Below are positions 48,699 through 57,900 of a stretch of 64,000 nt of DNA, piece by piece. The stretch comes from an uncultured Chloroflexia bacterium (GTDB taxonomy: Bacteria; Chloroflexota; Chloroflexia; Thermomicrobiales; UBA6265), in assembly GCA_963724295.1 (NCBI GenBank), contig CAVRUC010000002.1:1-64000 (forward strand), read 5' to 3'. The translations under genes and the position numbers were made by a program. Numbering within the stretch: position 1 is the first letter of the stretch; each line of letters opens with the position of its first letter. Below the pieces are notes generated by a model, which was not told the DNA's origin, did not search any database, and saw only the letters and a program-made list of their open reading frames with translations.

Positions 48699-49707
48699 GT
48701 GTCAAACGTTTCCGCGCCAGCGGAGCGCCTGGTGACCGGCCGTAGCAGCCGGCGCCGGTTCCTGGCGGGTGTGGCCGCCGCCGGACTCACGCCGGTGGCC
48801 GTCGCGGCTGAGCGATCGCTAGCGAAGGGTGTTCAAGAGCGAGGAGGAACGATGATGTCACTACAAGCTGAAGCGACCCAAGCTACAGACTATCTAACGG
48901 TGCCGGGCGCCCGTCTGTACTACGAGGTGTCAGGATCGGGTCCGGTTTTGCTGCTGATCCCCGGCGGTATGGCTGACGCCGCGGGCTTTGCGCCCCTCGT
49001 CAGCTTTCTCGAGGAGAGCTACACGGTCGTGCGCTATGACCCGCGCGGCATCTCGCACAGCCGGCTCGATGGCCCGGGCGAGGACGTGCCGGTCGAGGTT
49101 CACGCCGACGACGCCCAACAGTTACTGAAGGCGATCAGCGCCAAGCCGGCGTTCGTCCTGGGACACAGCGGCGGTGCGGTGATCGGACTGGCGCTGGTCG
49201 AGCGCCATCCCGAGCTGGTGCAGACGTATGTGGCGCACGAGCCTCCTCTGGTTGAGCTTCTCCCGGAGGGAGATGAGCGCCGCAATGACGGCCAGAAAAT
49301 CTATGACACCTACCTGAAAGAGGGTGCCGGCGCGGCGATGGAGCAGTTCATGTCCACCGCGGGCCTGGATGAGTCGGTGGCGCCGGCCGAAATGAGCCCC
49401 GAGGCACAGGAATTCATGGCGCAACAGATGGCCAGCATGGAGCAAAACCTCGATTTCTTTTTCGCTCACTACCTACTGCCGATCACCAGCTACTCGCCGG
49501 ATTTCGCCGCCCTGCAAGGGGCATCGACCCAGGTGGTGGTGGGAGTTGGCGAAGACTCTGTCGGTCAGGAGACCTACGAAACCGCGCTCGCGCTGGCCGA
49601 GCGCCTGGGGACGGAGGCCGTGGTCTTCCCCGGTGACCACATCGGCATGGCCACGTTTCCTGAGGAGTTCGCTGAGAACGCTGCACGACGTGCTCCAGGC
49701 AGACTAG
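48699..49707 (+). CDS. Alpha/beta hydrolase with Tat-like leader and an internal start at 48852 (frameshift near 49678)
   Basis: SSRRRFLAG leader; LYYEVSGSGPVLLLIPGG, YDPRG, GHSGG, HEPP and FPGDH. Removing one A gives FAETLHDVLQAD*. Confidence 0.85.
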
Positions 49708-49819
49708 CGTATCCAGCCATCGTGCCAGAGAGCGGATGTCGCGACTCGTTCATGATGTCTTTGGACTACGGGACCGAACTTCAACCTCGACGGCACGAGC
49801 GCCATTCAAGGAGGCACGC

Positions 49820-50272
49820 ATGCCAGGACCATTGACCGATGCGGAGCGTGACGCGTTCCTCGCCGAGCCGCACGTCGCCGTCCTGAGCGTTGCCCGGGAC
49901 GGCGACCGCCCGCCGCACACCTCTCCGGTCTGGTATCACCACCAGCCAGGCGGCAACGTCACCTTCTTCACCGGGACCCAGGGCCAAAAGTCGCGCAAGG
50001 CCGAGCTGATCGAGCGGGCGGGCGTCGTCAGCCTCTGCGTCCAGCAGGAGACGTTTCCCTACAAGTACGTCACCATCGAGGGCACGATCGTTCAGATCGA
50101 CCGGCCGCCGACCGCCGAGCAGGCCCTTGCCATCGTCCGACGCTACCTCCCCGAGGCGCAGGCGCGGGGCTTCGTCGCGGCCGAGCTCGACCACCCGACC
50201 GGAGAGTTCGTCCTCTTCTCGGTCCGCCCCGATCACTGGCACAGCCTCGATTTCAGCGACCTACCGGGATAA
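49820..50272 (+). CDS. Pyridoxamine 5'-phosphate oxidase-like (split beta-barrel) protein
   Basis: SD AAGGAGG; ERDAFLAEPHVAVLSV..PVWY..SRKAELIERAG..YKYVTIEG. Confidence 0.88.
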   Translation: MPGPLTDAERDAFLAEPHVAVLSVARDGDRPPHTSPVWYHHQPGGNVTFFTGTQGQKSRKAELIERAGVVSLCVQQETFPYKYVTIEGTIVQIDRPPTAEQALAIVRRYLPEAQARGFVAAELDHPTGEFVLFSVRPDHWHSLDFSDLPG

Positions 50273-50350
50273 TCCCGTCTCGTCGGTCCATCCTGGGCGC
50301 CAGGTGACGAGATGTGGGTAGCGGGCGCAGCGGAGAAAGGGAGGCGGCCT

Positions 50351-50905
50351 GTGGGCAAGGTGATCGCTGGGATGACGATGTCGCTGGACGGCTTCGTCGC
50401 CGATGCGGATGGCAACGTCGACCGCCTCTACGCTGACCTGGCGGACCTGCGAGGAACGACGTACATGACCGACACGATCGCGGAGACCGGCGCCGTGATC
50501 ATGGGGCGGAAGACATTCGAGATGGGCGACCCGGACTCGTACGTCGGCAATTACGAGTTCCAGGTGCCCATCTTCGTCCTCACGCATCATCCCCCACGGA
50601 TCCCGCCGAAGCAGGACGACCGTCTCACCTTCACGTTCGTGGGCGATGGGGTCGCCTCAGCGGTCGCGCAGGCAACGGCCGCGGCCGGAGACAAGGTGGT
50701 TCAGGTCGTCGGAGGCGTCAATGTGATCCAGCAGTTGCTGCAAGCGGGGCTGGTCGACGAGCTCCACATCGACGTCATGCCGCTGTTCCTGGATGACGGT
50801 CTGCGCCTGTTCGAGCACGCCGCTCTAGACCGCATCGACCTCGAATCGATCGGCGTGGAAACCGTGGGCCAGCGAACCGGTCTTCGCTTCCGCATCGTCC
50901 GCTGA
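50351..50905 (+). CDS. Dihydrofolate reductase / RibD C-terminal family protein
   Basis: MTMSLDGFVA, GAVIMGRKTF and VVGG..QQLLQAGLVDELHIDVMPLFL. Confidence 0.92.
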   Translation: MGKVIAGMTMSLDGFVADADGNVDRLYADLADLRGTTYMTDTIAETGAVIMGRKTFEMGDPDSYVGNYEFQVPIFVLTHHPPRIPPKQDDRLTFTFVGDGVASAVAQATAAAGDKVVQVVGGVNVIQQLLQAGLVDELHIDVMPLFLDDGLRLFEHAALDRIDLESIGVETVGQRTGLRFRIVR

Positions 50906-51042
50906 ACAGCCGCCGTAGCAAGTACCGCCGCGCGTCACGGAGGACCTCGCCGGGCGCGCTCAACCAGTTGCGCTTGGCCTCCGCGCTGTTGACGGAGGCT
51001 TCCCCCTGCCATATCGTGCTGCGCCATGACCGGTAAGATCAG

Positions 51043-52251
51043 GTGAAAGTCAGCGCGGTCGAAACGCTGCGGCTCGGGGAGTTCCCGAACCTCCTCTGGG
51101 TGCGGGTGCACACCGATGAGGGCGTCACCGGTCTCGGCGAGACCTTCTTCGGGGCCGAGGCGGTCGAGGCCTACATCCACGAGTCGGTCGCGCCGTACCT
51201 GCTGGGGAAGGATCCCCTCCACATCGACAAGCACGCCCGCGCCCTGACGCCGTACGTGGGCTATGCCTCCGGCGGCGTCGAGGGGCGCGGCAACTCGGCG
51301 GTCGACATCGCCCTCTGGGACCTCTTCGGGCGCTGGGTCGATCAGCCGATCTACCAGCTGCTGGGTGGTCCCAGCCGGGAACGCATCCGCATCTACAACA
51401 CCTGTGCCGGCTATCGCTACGTGCGGGCTCGCCCCAAGCAGGAGGTCGGCAACTGGGGACTGCCGGAGATGGCGGAGGAGGCCGAGGGGCCGTACGAGGA
51501 TCTGGACGCCTTCCTGCACCGGGCCGGCGAGCTGGCGCTGAGCCTGCGCCAGCAGGGGATCACCGGCATGAAGATCTGGCCGTTCGACCCCTACGCCGAG
51601 GCGAGCGGCGGCCACGATATCTCCGCCGGCGATCTCGACCGGGCGCTGGAGCCCTTCCGCCAGATCCGCGCCGCGGTCGGGCTCGAGATGGACATCATGG
51701 TCGAGCTGCACGGGTTGTGGAACCTGCCCACGGCGCGGCGCATCGGGCGGGCGCTGGAGGAGTTCCAACCCTACTGGTACGAGGATCCCCTGCGCTCAGA
51801 CAACCTGGATGCCCTGGCGACATTCGCCGCCGGTACCCACGTGCCGGTGACGTTGAGCGAGACGATCGCCACCCGCTGGGGGTTCCGCGAGGCGTTCGAG
51901 CGCGGGGCGGTCGGTATCGCCATGCTCGACGTCTCGTGGTGCGGCGGCATCTCGGAAGCGAAGAAGATCGCCACGATGGCCGAGGCGCACCAGCTGCCCG
52001 TGGCGCCGCACGACTGCACCGGACCGATCGTCCTGGTGGCCTCCACCCATCTCTCGATCAATGCCCCGAACGCGCTGATCCAGGAGACGGTGCGCGCCTA
52101 TTACAGCGGCTGGTACCGCGAGCTGGTCACCACCCTGCCGGACATCGCGGACGGCACGATCGCGGCGCCGCCCGGCCCCGGTCTCGGCACCGAGCTTCTC
52201 CCGGATCTGCACCTGCGGCCCGACGCGCATGTCCGCACGAGCGCGCTGTAG
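51043..52251 (+). CDS. Mandelate racemase/muconate lactonizing enzyme family (enolase superfamily)
   Basis: TDEGVTGLGE, SAVDIALWDL, MKIWPFD, MVELH, WYEDP, SET, PHDCTGP and PGPGLG. Confidence 0.93.
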   Translation: MKVSAVETLRLGEFPNLLWVRVHTDEGVTGLGETFFGAEAVEAYIHESVAPYLLGKDPLHIDKHARALTPYVGYASGGVEGRGNSAVDIALWDLFGRWVDQPIYQLLGGPSRERIRIYNTCAGYRYVRARPKQEVGNWGLPEMAEEAEGPYEDLDAFLHRAGELALSLRQQGITGMKIWPFDPYAEASGGHDISAGDLDRALEPFRQIRAAVGLEMDIMVELHGLWNLPTARRIGRALEEFQPYWYEDPLRSDNLDALATFAAGTHVPVTLSETIATRWGFREAFERGAVGIAMLDVSWCGGISEAKKIATMAEAHQLPVAPHDCTGPIVLVASTHLSINAPNALIQETVRAYYSGWYRELVTTLPDIADGTIAAPPGPGLGTELLPDLHLRPDAHVRTSAL

Positions 52252-52309
52252 GCACTGCCTCAGAGACGCAATTTCAATGAATTACGCGGGCGAGCAAGTG
52301 ATCTTGCGC

Positions 52310-52351
52310 TTGACGACCGTGTGCCCGCCGCCGAGGATTCAGGTCCTGAAT
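52310..52351 (+). promoter_or_regulatory. Putative promoter with overlapping palindromic operator ATTCAGG-T-CCTGAAT
   Basis: TTGACG-N17-GAGGAT. A perfect 7-1-7 inverted repeat at 52337-52351 is nested in CGCCGCCG..CGGCGGCG. Confidence 0.45.
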
Positions 52352-52426
52352 GCCGGCGGCGCGCCCCAGGATCGGGAGCGCATGCAGCGCCGGCATCGTG
52401 TTGATACTCCGAGGAGGATGCTCAGC

Positions 52427-53392
52427 GTGGCGAAGGATTCCCGAATCTCTCCGGTGCCCCTTGGCAAGGCGACGTTCCTCGACTCGCCCCGATGCGACGA
52501 TCTCGATACGCTGGATGCCGACGTGGCCATCATCGGCGTGCCGTTCGGTTACCCGTATGACCTGGCGGGCCTCACGTCGCCATCCAGCTCCGCGCCGGCC
52601 GCGCTGCGCGAGGCGTCTGTCCGCCATGTGCCATTCCTGCACCACTACGATTACGACTTCGGCGCGGACCTCTTCGCCGGCCGCGAGGTACGCATCGTCG
52701 ATTGCGGCGATGTGGCGATGAAGCCCGGTGACTTTGCCGGCAACGCCGCCGCCACCACGACCGCCGTCAAGGCGATTCTCGCCCGCGGCGCGGTGCCGAT
52801 CGTGCTTGGCGGCGATCACGCCATCCCGATCCCGGTCTTCCGCGCCTATGAGGGGCAGGAGCCGATGGTGGTGGTTCAGCTCGACCAGCACATCGACTGG
52901 CGCGAGGAGCGCAACGGGGTCACGCAGGGGTTGAGCAGCACCATGCGCCGCGCCTCGGAAATGCCGTGGGTCAGCGGCATGGCGCAGATCGGATTGCACG
53001 CCGTCGGCAGCGCCCGGCAGCAGGAGGTTGACGACTCGCTCGCCTATGGCAGCGTGCAGGTCCGCGCCGAGGAAGTCCATGAGATCGGCGTCGATGCTGT
53101 CCTCGAGCGCATCCCGCGGTCGGACCGCTATTACATCACCTTCGACGCCGATGGGCTCTTTGCCCCACTGGCACCGGGTGTCCTCAGTCCTGGCTTCGGT
53201 GGCCTCACCTACTACGAAGCCTCGAACCTGTTGCGCGGCGTAGCCCGCAAGGGCAAGATCGTCGGCTACGACATCGTCGAGATCGTTCCCTCGGTCGACG
53301 TCGCGAATATGACGAGCCAGGTCTGCGCCCGCCTGACGCTGAATCTCATCGGCGAGATGGCCCATCAAGGACAGATCGGTCGCAAGGCGTAG
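52427..53392 (+). CDS. Ureohydrolase (agmatinase/arginase family)
   Basis: SD GAGGAGG; VDCGD, LGGDHAI, LDQHID, TFDAD, APG..PGFGGLTYYE and DIVEIVP. Confidence 0.92.
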   Translation: MAKDSRISPVPLGKATFLDSPRCDDLDTLDADVAIIGVPFGYPYDLAGLTSPSSSAPAALREASVRHVPFLHHYDYDFGADLFAGREVRIVDCGDVAMKPGDFAGNAAATTTAVKAILARGAVPIVLGGDHAIPIPVFRAYEGQEPMVVVQLDQHIDWREERNGVTQGLSSTMRRASEMPWVSGMAQIGLHAVGSARQQEVDDSLAYGSVQVRAEEVHEIGVDAVLERIPRSDRYYITFDADGLFAPLAPGVLSPGFGGLTYYEASNLLRGVARKGKIVGYDIVEIVPSVDVANMTSQVCARLTLNLIGEMAHQGQIGRKA

Positions 53393-53525
53393 CTGACCTG
53401 CCAACGCCGGCGACGCCCGCGCCCGGCGTGCCGCGAGAGGAGGGCGTTTCGTGGCGCGATTCGCGCGAGTGAGGGGATCGATTACCTGTGCCTAAGGTGC
53501 TCTATCGGAGACTCGGAGACGGTCA

Positions 53526-53723
53526 TCAACCGGTGGTTGCGAACTGCACCTGCTCGGCATCCTCGACAACCTGCGAGGCGCGCAAGACTTCGAAGCGGAC
53601 AACGCCGCCGTCCTCGCCAAAGTCGGCGATCACGCCCGGTCGGACTTCGTCGCTCTCTCGGATCGGCGCATCCCGCAATGTGATGACCAACGAATCAGTC
53701 TCGCGATCGTAGATCACCTTCAT
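53526..53723 (-). CDS. DUF2283 domain protein (putative antitoxin)
   Basis: MKVIYDRETDSLVITL..ESDEVRPGVIADFGEDGGVVRFEVLRAS. Its ATG overlaps the upstream TGA. Confidence 0.88.
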   Translation of the reverse strand: MKVIYDRETDSLVITLRDAPIRESDEVRPGVIADFGEDGGVVRFEVLRASQVVEDAEQVQFATTG

Positions 53724-53990
53724 GGCAAAGTCGTCTTCAAATACCTGGCGACCTGCGAGGTCTTGTAGAGCGTGATGACCGCCCGCTCCTCTGGCGTTTC
53801 TTCGACCACCACACGGAGCAGCATCTCGCGCCCAAATGAACGTCAAAGTATCGGCGCATCAGGACCACCCTCTGTGGTGGATCGATGACCGAGAGCTCGG
53901 GCGCCGCGATGGATTGCTCCACCTCACTTGGTCAAATAGTCGATCCGCCTGCGCCAATAGTGCGTGCGAAGTCCCGCGTAACGGCTTCAC
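53720..53990 (-). CDS. DUF4258-like protein (putative RelE/BrnT-like toxin; two apparent frameshifts)
   Basis: GAGGAG + GTG. Reconstructed as MKPLRGTSHAL..EVEQSIAAPE..LMRRYFDVHLGREMLLRVVVEETPEERAVITLYKTSQVARYLKTTLP*. Confidence 0.65.
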
Positions 53991-54076
53991 TCGCTCCTCG
54001 CTCTCAACTCCAGAGTAACCGTTCCTGCCACCTAAGACGTATCGCCGATGCAGCTCCGTGTTTTGCTGAAGGCGAT

Positions 54077-54994
54077 TCAACATCGTGAAACGCCGGAGGG
54101 AATAGCTAACCTCACAGGCGGTATCGAGCGGATTCCGTCTTCGTCCCCAATGAGCTCTGGTGCGGCGTCCTGGGGCTCGTAGCCGAGGACGCGGCGGGCG
54201 TGCTCGATGTCCCAGAAGCGGCGGGGGTTGTTGGAGATGCCGTAGACGAGGACCCAGGGCTCGTTCGTCAGGAGCGATTTCTCGATCAGCTGCACGCAGT
54301 CGCGCTCGCTCAACCAGACGGCGCGCATCCGCCGCCGCAGGGCCAGTGTCTCCGGTCTGCGGTCGGTCATGTCGGCCCAGAGCTGGTTGGGGTGGGACGG
54401 GTGGCCGGGGTCGCGGGTGCCGCCGATGCGCAGGCAGACGACGGAGAGCCCATGCTGATCGACGTAGTGCCGGCCAAGCGCCTCGCCGTAGACCTTGGAG
54501 ACGCCGTAGAGGGAGTCGGGCCGGATCTCGGCGGTGTGGTCGTAGACCCGGTCATCGTCGAGATCGTACAGCGCCGGCGCCGCCTGTAGCTCGTAGGTGC
54601 CGATGGCGTGGTTGGAGGAGGCGAACACGACCCGCGGCACCTCGGCCCGGCGCGCCGCCTCGAAGACGTTGTAGGTGCCGATCAGGTTCGATTCCAGCAC
54701 TGCTTCCCAGGCGGAATCGACCGCACTCGTCGCGGCCAGGTGGACGATGGCATCGATACCGGCGCAGGCTGCAACCAGAGCGTCGAGGTCGCCGATGTCG
54801 GCCACGATGTCCGCGTTGGGACCGGCGCTGCGAGCCAGACCGACCGGATCGAACTGGCTGCCGGGAGCGCGCCAGGCGTTCATCACGAACCCGCCGATCA
54901 GACCGTTCGCCCCCGTGACCAGCACCCGCGGCCGGGTTTGGCTACCGGTCTCACCGGGGCCGTTGCGAGATCCATCATCCGCACTCGAGCTCAT
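54077..54994 (-). CDS. NAD-dependent epimerase/dehydratase (uronate dehydrogenase-like)
   Basis: VTGANGLIG, IVHLAA, FASSNHAIG, PDSLYGVSKVYGE, CLRIG and YGISNN. Confidence 0.9.
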   Translation of the reverse strand: MSSSADDGSRNGPGETGSQTRPRVLVTGANGLIGGFVMNAWRAPGSQFDPVGLARSAGPNADIVADIGDLDALVAACAGIDAIVHLAATSAVDSAWEAVLESNLIGTYNVFEAARRAEVPRVVFASSNHAIGTYELQAAPALYDLDDDRVYDHTAEIRPDSLYGVSKVYGEALGRHYVDQHGLSVVCLRIGGTRDPGHPSHPNQLWADMTDRRPETLALRRRMRAVWLSERDCVQLIEKSLLTNEPWVLVYGISNNPRRFWDIEHARRVLGYEPQDAAPELIGDEDGIRSIPPVRLAIPSGVSRC

Positions 54995-55015
54995 CGTTCC
55001 GCCCTTTCCTGACGA

Positions 55016-55150
55016 GGGTGAGGGTTCGCTGCGCTCACGGTGACAGGGTAGTTACTCGCTACGCTCGTGGCTGGCAGCGAGAACGATGACCCCGCCATCC
55101 TGCCACCCCGACACCCTGCGACCCCGCCACCCATCACCCATCGCCCACCA
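55016..55150. repeat. Palindromic intergenic repeat, family 1
   Basis: GGGTGAGGGTTCGCTGCGCTCACGGTGA (reverse complement of the 43830-43857 module), TTACTCGCTACGCTCGTGG, and GAGAACGATGACCCCGCCATCCTGCCACCCC (reverse complement of the 40914-40944 module). Confidence 0.85.
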
Positions 55151-55724
55151 CCCCCACCGCACTCGGGCCAGGCGTGATGATCAGCAGCCGCGCCGGACCA
55201 TCGCCGGTGTTTTCCGCCTGATGAGGGAAGCAGCCGTCCCAGACCAGGTAATCGCCCGGTCCCAGATCGGCGACGAAGTCGCCTTGCCGCAGCCGGATCG
55301 TCCCTTCCAGCACCAGATGATGCTCTTCACCGGCATCGGACATCAGCCCCGACGCCGATCCGGGAGGCGCCATCCCTTCCACGATGCGCAGACCGCGCGC
55401 AAAGCCGCCATCGACCTCTTCCAGGCGGATGCCGTCGGGAGTGGTCTGCACCCGCCGCTCGTGCCGGCGCACGATGCGCGGCGCCGGGGCGGCGTCGACC
55501 AGGAGCCACGTGATCGGAACCTCGAAGACGTCGGCGATCGCCGCCAGGGTCTCCAGCGATGGCGAGGCCTTGTCGTTCTCGACCTGCGAGAGGTAGCCGA
55601 CGTTGAGGTCCGCCAGCTCTCCGACCTGGGCCAGCGTCAGCCCGCGGTCAGTTCGCAGCCGCCGCACCTGGGCGCCGACCAGGGGCCGCCTGCGGGTCCG
55701 CGACGCTTCGTTGCGTTCGCTCAT
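55134..55724 (-). CDS. XRE-family HTH / cupin transcriptional regulator
   Basis: LTLAQVGELADLNVGYLSQVENDKASPSLETL and GEEHHLVLEG..PHQAEN. Confidence 0.92.
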   Translation of the reverse strand: MSERNEASRTRRRPLVGAQVRRLRTDRGLTLAQVGELADLNVGYLSQVENDKASPSLETLAAIADVFEVPITWLLVDAAPAPRIVRRHERRVQTTPDGIRLEEVDGGFARGLRIVEGMAPPGSASGLMSDAGEEHHLVLEGTIRLRQGDFVADLGPGDYLVWDGCFPHQAENTGDGPARLLIITPGPSAVGVVGDG

Positions 55725-55748
55725 GGATTTTGCTTACTCCAAACTATG

Positions 55749-55801
55749 TTGACAAAGCAACCGAGCGGCGTATGATTGTCATCAGCAATGTAGTTTGCTG
55801 A
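55749..55801 (+). promoter_or_regulatory. Sigma70 promoter and operator of the divergent oxidoreductase/VOC operon
   Basis: TTGACA-N16-TATGAT (55749-55776), followed by the inverted repeat TCAGCAA-N6-TTGCTGA (55782-55801). Confidence 0.7.
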
Positions 55802-55865
55802 AGGGAAATAGACAACCCCATCGAGCAATCGCACCGCGGATGGACGTTGAGAGGGTAAAGAGAGA

Positions 55866-56285
55866 ATGACCATGACCTTGAACTTGAAGTTGCCAGCGAT
55901 CCCTGAATCGCACCGTGACCTGCTCGATAACAACCAGGTCGCCATCGTCGCCACCATCGGACCCGACGGCTCGCCGCAGGTGACCGCGAGCTGGTTTCTG
56001 GCCGAGGAGGACGGGACGGTGAGGATGTCGCTCAACACGGCCCGCCAGAAGGTGAAGAACCTGATGCGCCGCCCGGAGAGCACCCTGTTCTTCATGGATC
56101 CGGCCAATCCCTACCGCACGCTCGAGATTCGGGCCCGTGCCGAGATCGAGCCCGACCCGGACTACGTCTTCGCCGACCGGGTAGGCGCCAAATACGGTGG
56201 CGCCGATGTGCGCACGATGGACCAGCCCGGACAGACCCGGGTGGCGATCACGTTCGTTCCAGTCAAAGTCAATACATTCGGCTAA
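55866..56285 (+). CDS. PPOX-class (probably F420-dependent) oxidoreductase
   Basis: VATIGPDGSPQVTASWF..RQKVKNL..DPANPYRTLEIR. Confidence 0.88.
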   Translation: MTMTLNLKLPAIPESHRDLLDNNQVAIVATIGPDGSPQVTASWFLAEEDGTVRMSLNTARQKVKNLMRRPESTLFFMDPANPYRTLEIRARAEIEPDPDYVFADRVGAKYGGADVRTMDQPGQTRVAITFVPVKVNTFG

Positions 56286-56330
56286 TCGCCGGCGATCATC
56301 GCCCGGCTCGCGAAAGGATTCACACGCTTC

Positions 56331-56864
56331 ATGACAGACCTGCAACCCTCCATCCCGGCGGGAGCCCACATCGGCCACGTCCACCTCAAGGTGGCCGATC
56401 TCGATCGCGCCGTCGACTTCTATCGACGCGGTCTCGGGTTCGAGCTCATCACCCGCTTCGGTAACCAGGCCGCCTTTCTCTCGGCCGGTGGCTATCACCA
56501 CCACATCGGACTCAACACCTGGGAGAGCCAGGGCGGAGCTCCGCCTCCGCCGGGGTCGACCGGGCTCTATCACTTCGCCATCAACTACCCCGAGCGGCGG
56601 GACCTGGCCGCTGCCCTCAAGCGCCTTCTCGATAACGGCTGGGGGATCGATGGCGCGTCCGACCATGGCACCCACGAGGCGATCTACCTGCACGATCCGG
56701 ATGGCAACGGCATCGAGCTGGCCTGGGACCGCGACCCTGCCCTGTGGCGTCGTGGTGGCGAGATCATCTTCGACCGCAAGGCGCTCGATTGGGCCGGTCT
56801 GATGGCCGAGCTCGACGACACGGCACCGACCGAGATCCTGGCCGGACTTGCCCGCTACCAATAG
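56331..56864 (+). CDS. VOC family protein (CatE-like glyoxalase/dioxygenase)
   Basis: IGHVHLKVADL, AGGYHHHIGLNTW, GLYHFAI and DHGTHEAIYLHDPDGNGIEL. Confidence 0.93.
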   Translation: MTDLQPSIPAGAHIGHVHLKVADLDRAVDFYRRGLGFELITRFGNQAAFLSAGGYHHHIGLNTWESQGGAPPPPGSTGLYHFAINYPERRDLAAALKRLLDNGWGIDGASDHGTHEAIYLHDPDGNGIELAWDRDPALWRRGGEIIFDRKALDWAGLMAELDDTAPTEILAGLARYQ

Positions 56865-57082
56865 GCCTGCTTGCGGCGTGGCCCCCATTCTGCGTGACTA
56901 TCATCCGTGGTTGATGGACAGCGGTGGCTTCCGGGCAGCGACAGCTACAGTCTGGCCGCGGTTCGGGTCACTGCCTCCACCATCACATCGTCCAGGACCG
57001 CACCTCGCGGTGATCGGAAGTTCCACCGAGTGGACTTTTGACGCGCACCCGGGGTCGATTGAACTATTGAAGAGAGAGATAG

Positions 57083-57370
57083 ATGAACTGTCCCGTTGAC
57101 GGAAGCGAACTTCGCATGACCGAGCGACAAGGCATCGAGATCGACTACTGCCCCCAGTGCCGGGGCATCTGGCTGGACCGCGGCGAGCTGGACAAGGTTC
57201 TCGAGCGGTCGGCACAGCCCGCCTACCGCGATGAGCGCGAGCAATCGGCACCACCGCCGTTGCGCGACGAGCGCGATCGGTACGACGACGATCGCCCGTA
57301 CCGGGGTCAGCCCTCCAGTGGGAAGAGCAAGCGCCGCTCGCTCCTCGAGGACCTGCTCGATTTTGGCTGA
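57083..57370 (+). CDS. zf-TFIIB domain-containing protein
   Basis: MNCPVDG..IEIDYCPQCRGIWLDRGELDKV..SLLEDLLDF. Confidence 0.92.
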   Translation: MNCPVDGSELRMTERQGIEIDYCPQCRGIWLDRGELDKVLERSAQPAYRDEREQSAPPPLRDERDRYDDDRPYRGQPSSGKSKRRSLLEDLLDFG

Positions 57371-57900
57371 TCCGGCGCTGGCGTCACGCCGCAGCCGATA
57401 GGACCGCCGATCCGGAGATCTCGGAAATTCGGGTCTCGCGCTCCTGCTCGTGCTGTTGGTTATCATCGGCCGCGCTCCGCTATCGACCATGCGCGAGGCA
57501 CGCGCCGGCCTCGCTGAGTTGGTGCTGACCAGTAGTGGCGGAGACCATCTTCGTCGAGCAGAAGGACACTTCCGCGCTCTGGCGGCCACCGCCCGCGAGC
57601 TTGAGGAGTTCGAACCTGGTCCCACCCCGGGATGAATGCTTCATACACGATCTCCCTGCACAAGAAATGCAGCAAGCCGCGCACCCATCATGCACGGACC
57701 TCTGTCAAGCTCCACGCCGAGGCTGAGCGCCTTCAATCCTTGGTATTGATGCTCTTGACCAGCCCGCGGATCTGCTGACGGGCCGAGAAAGAGTCCGCGG
57801 CCCGGCGGCGAGGCAACCTTGGTACGATGTGCCGAGGATAAAGGGCGCCGGGCCGCGGATCCCGCTTCGTAAGAGCCAGTGTCTTGACCGCAGGAAGGGC

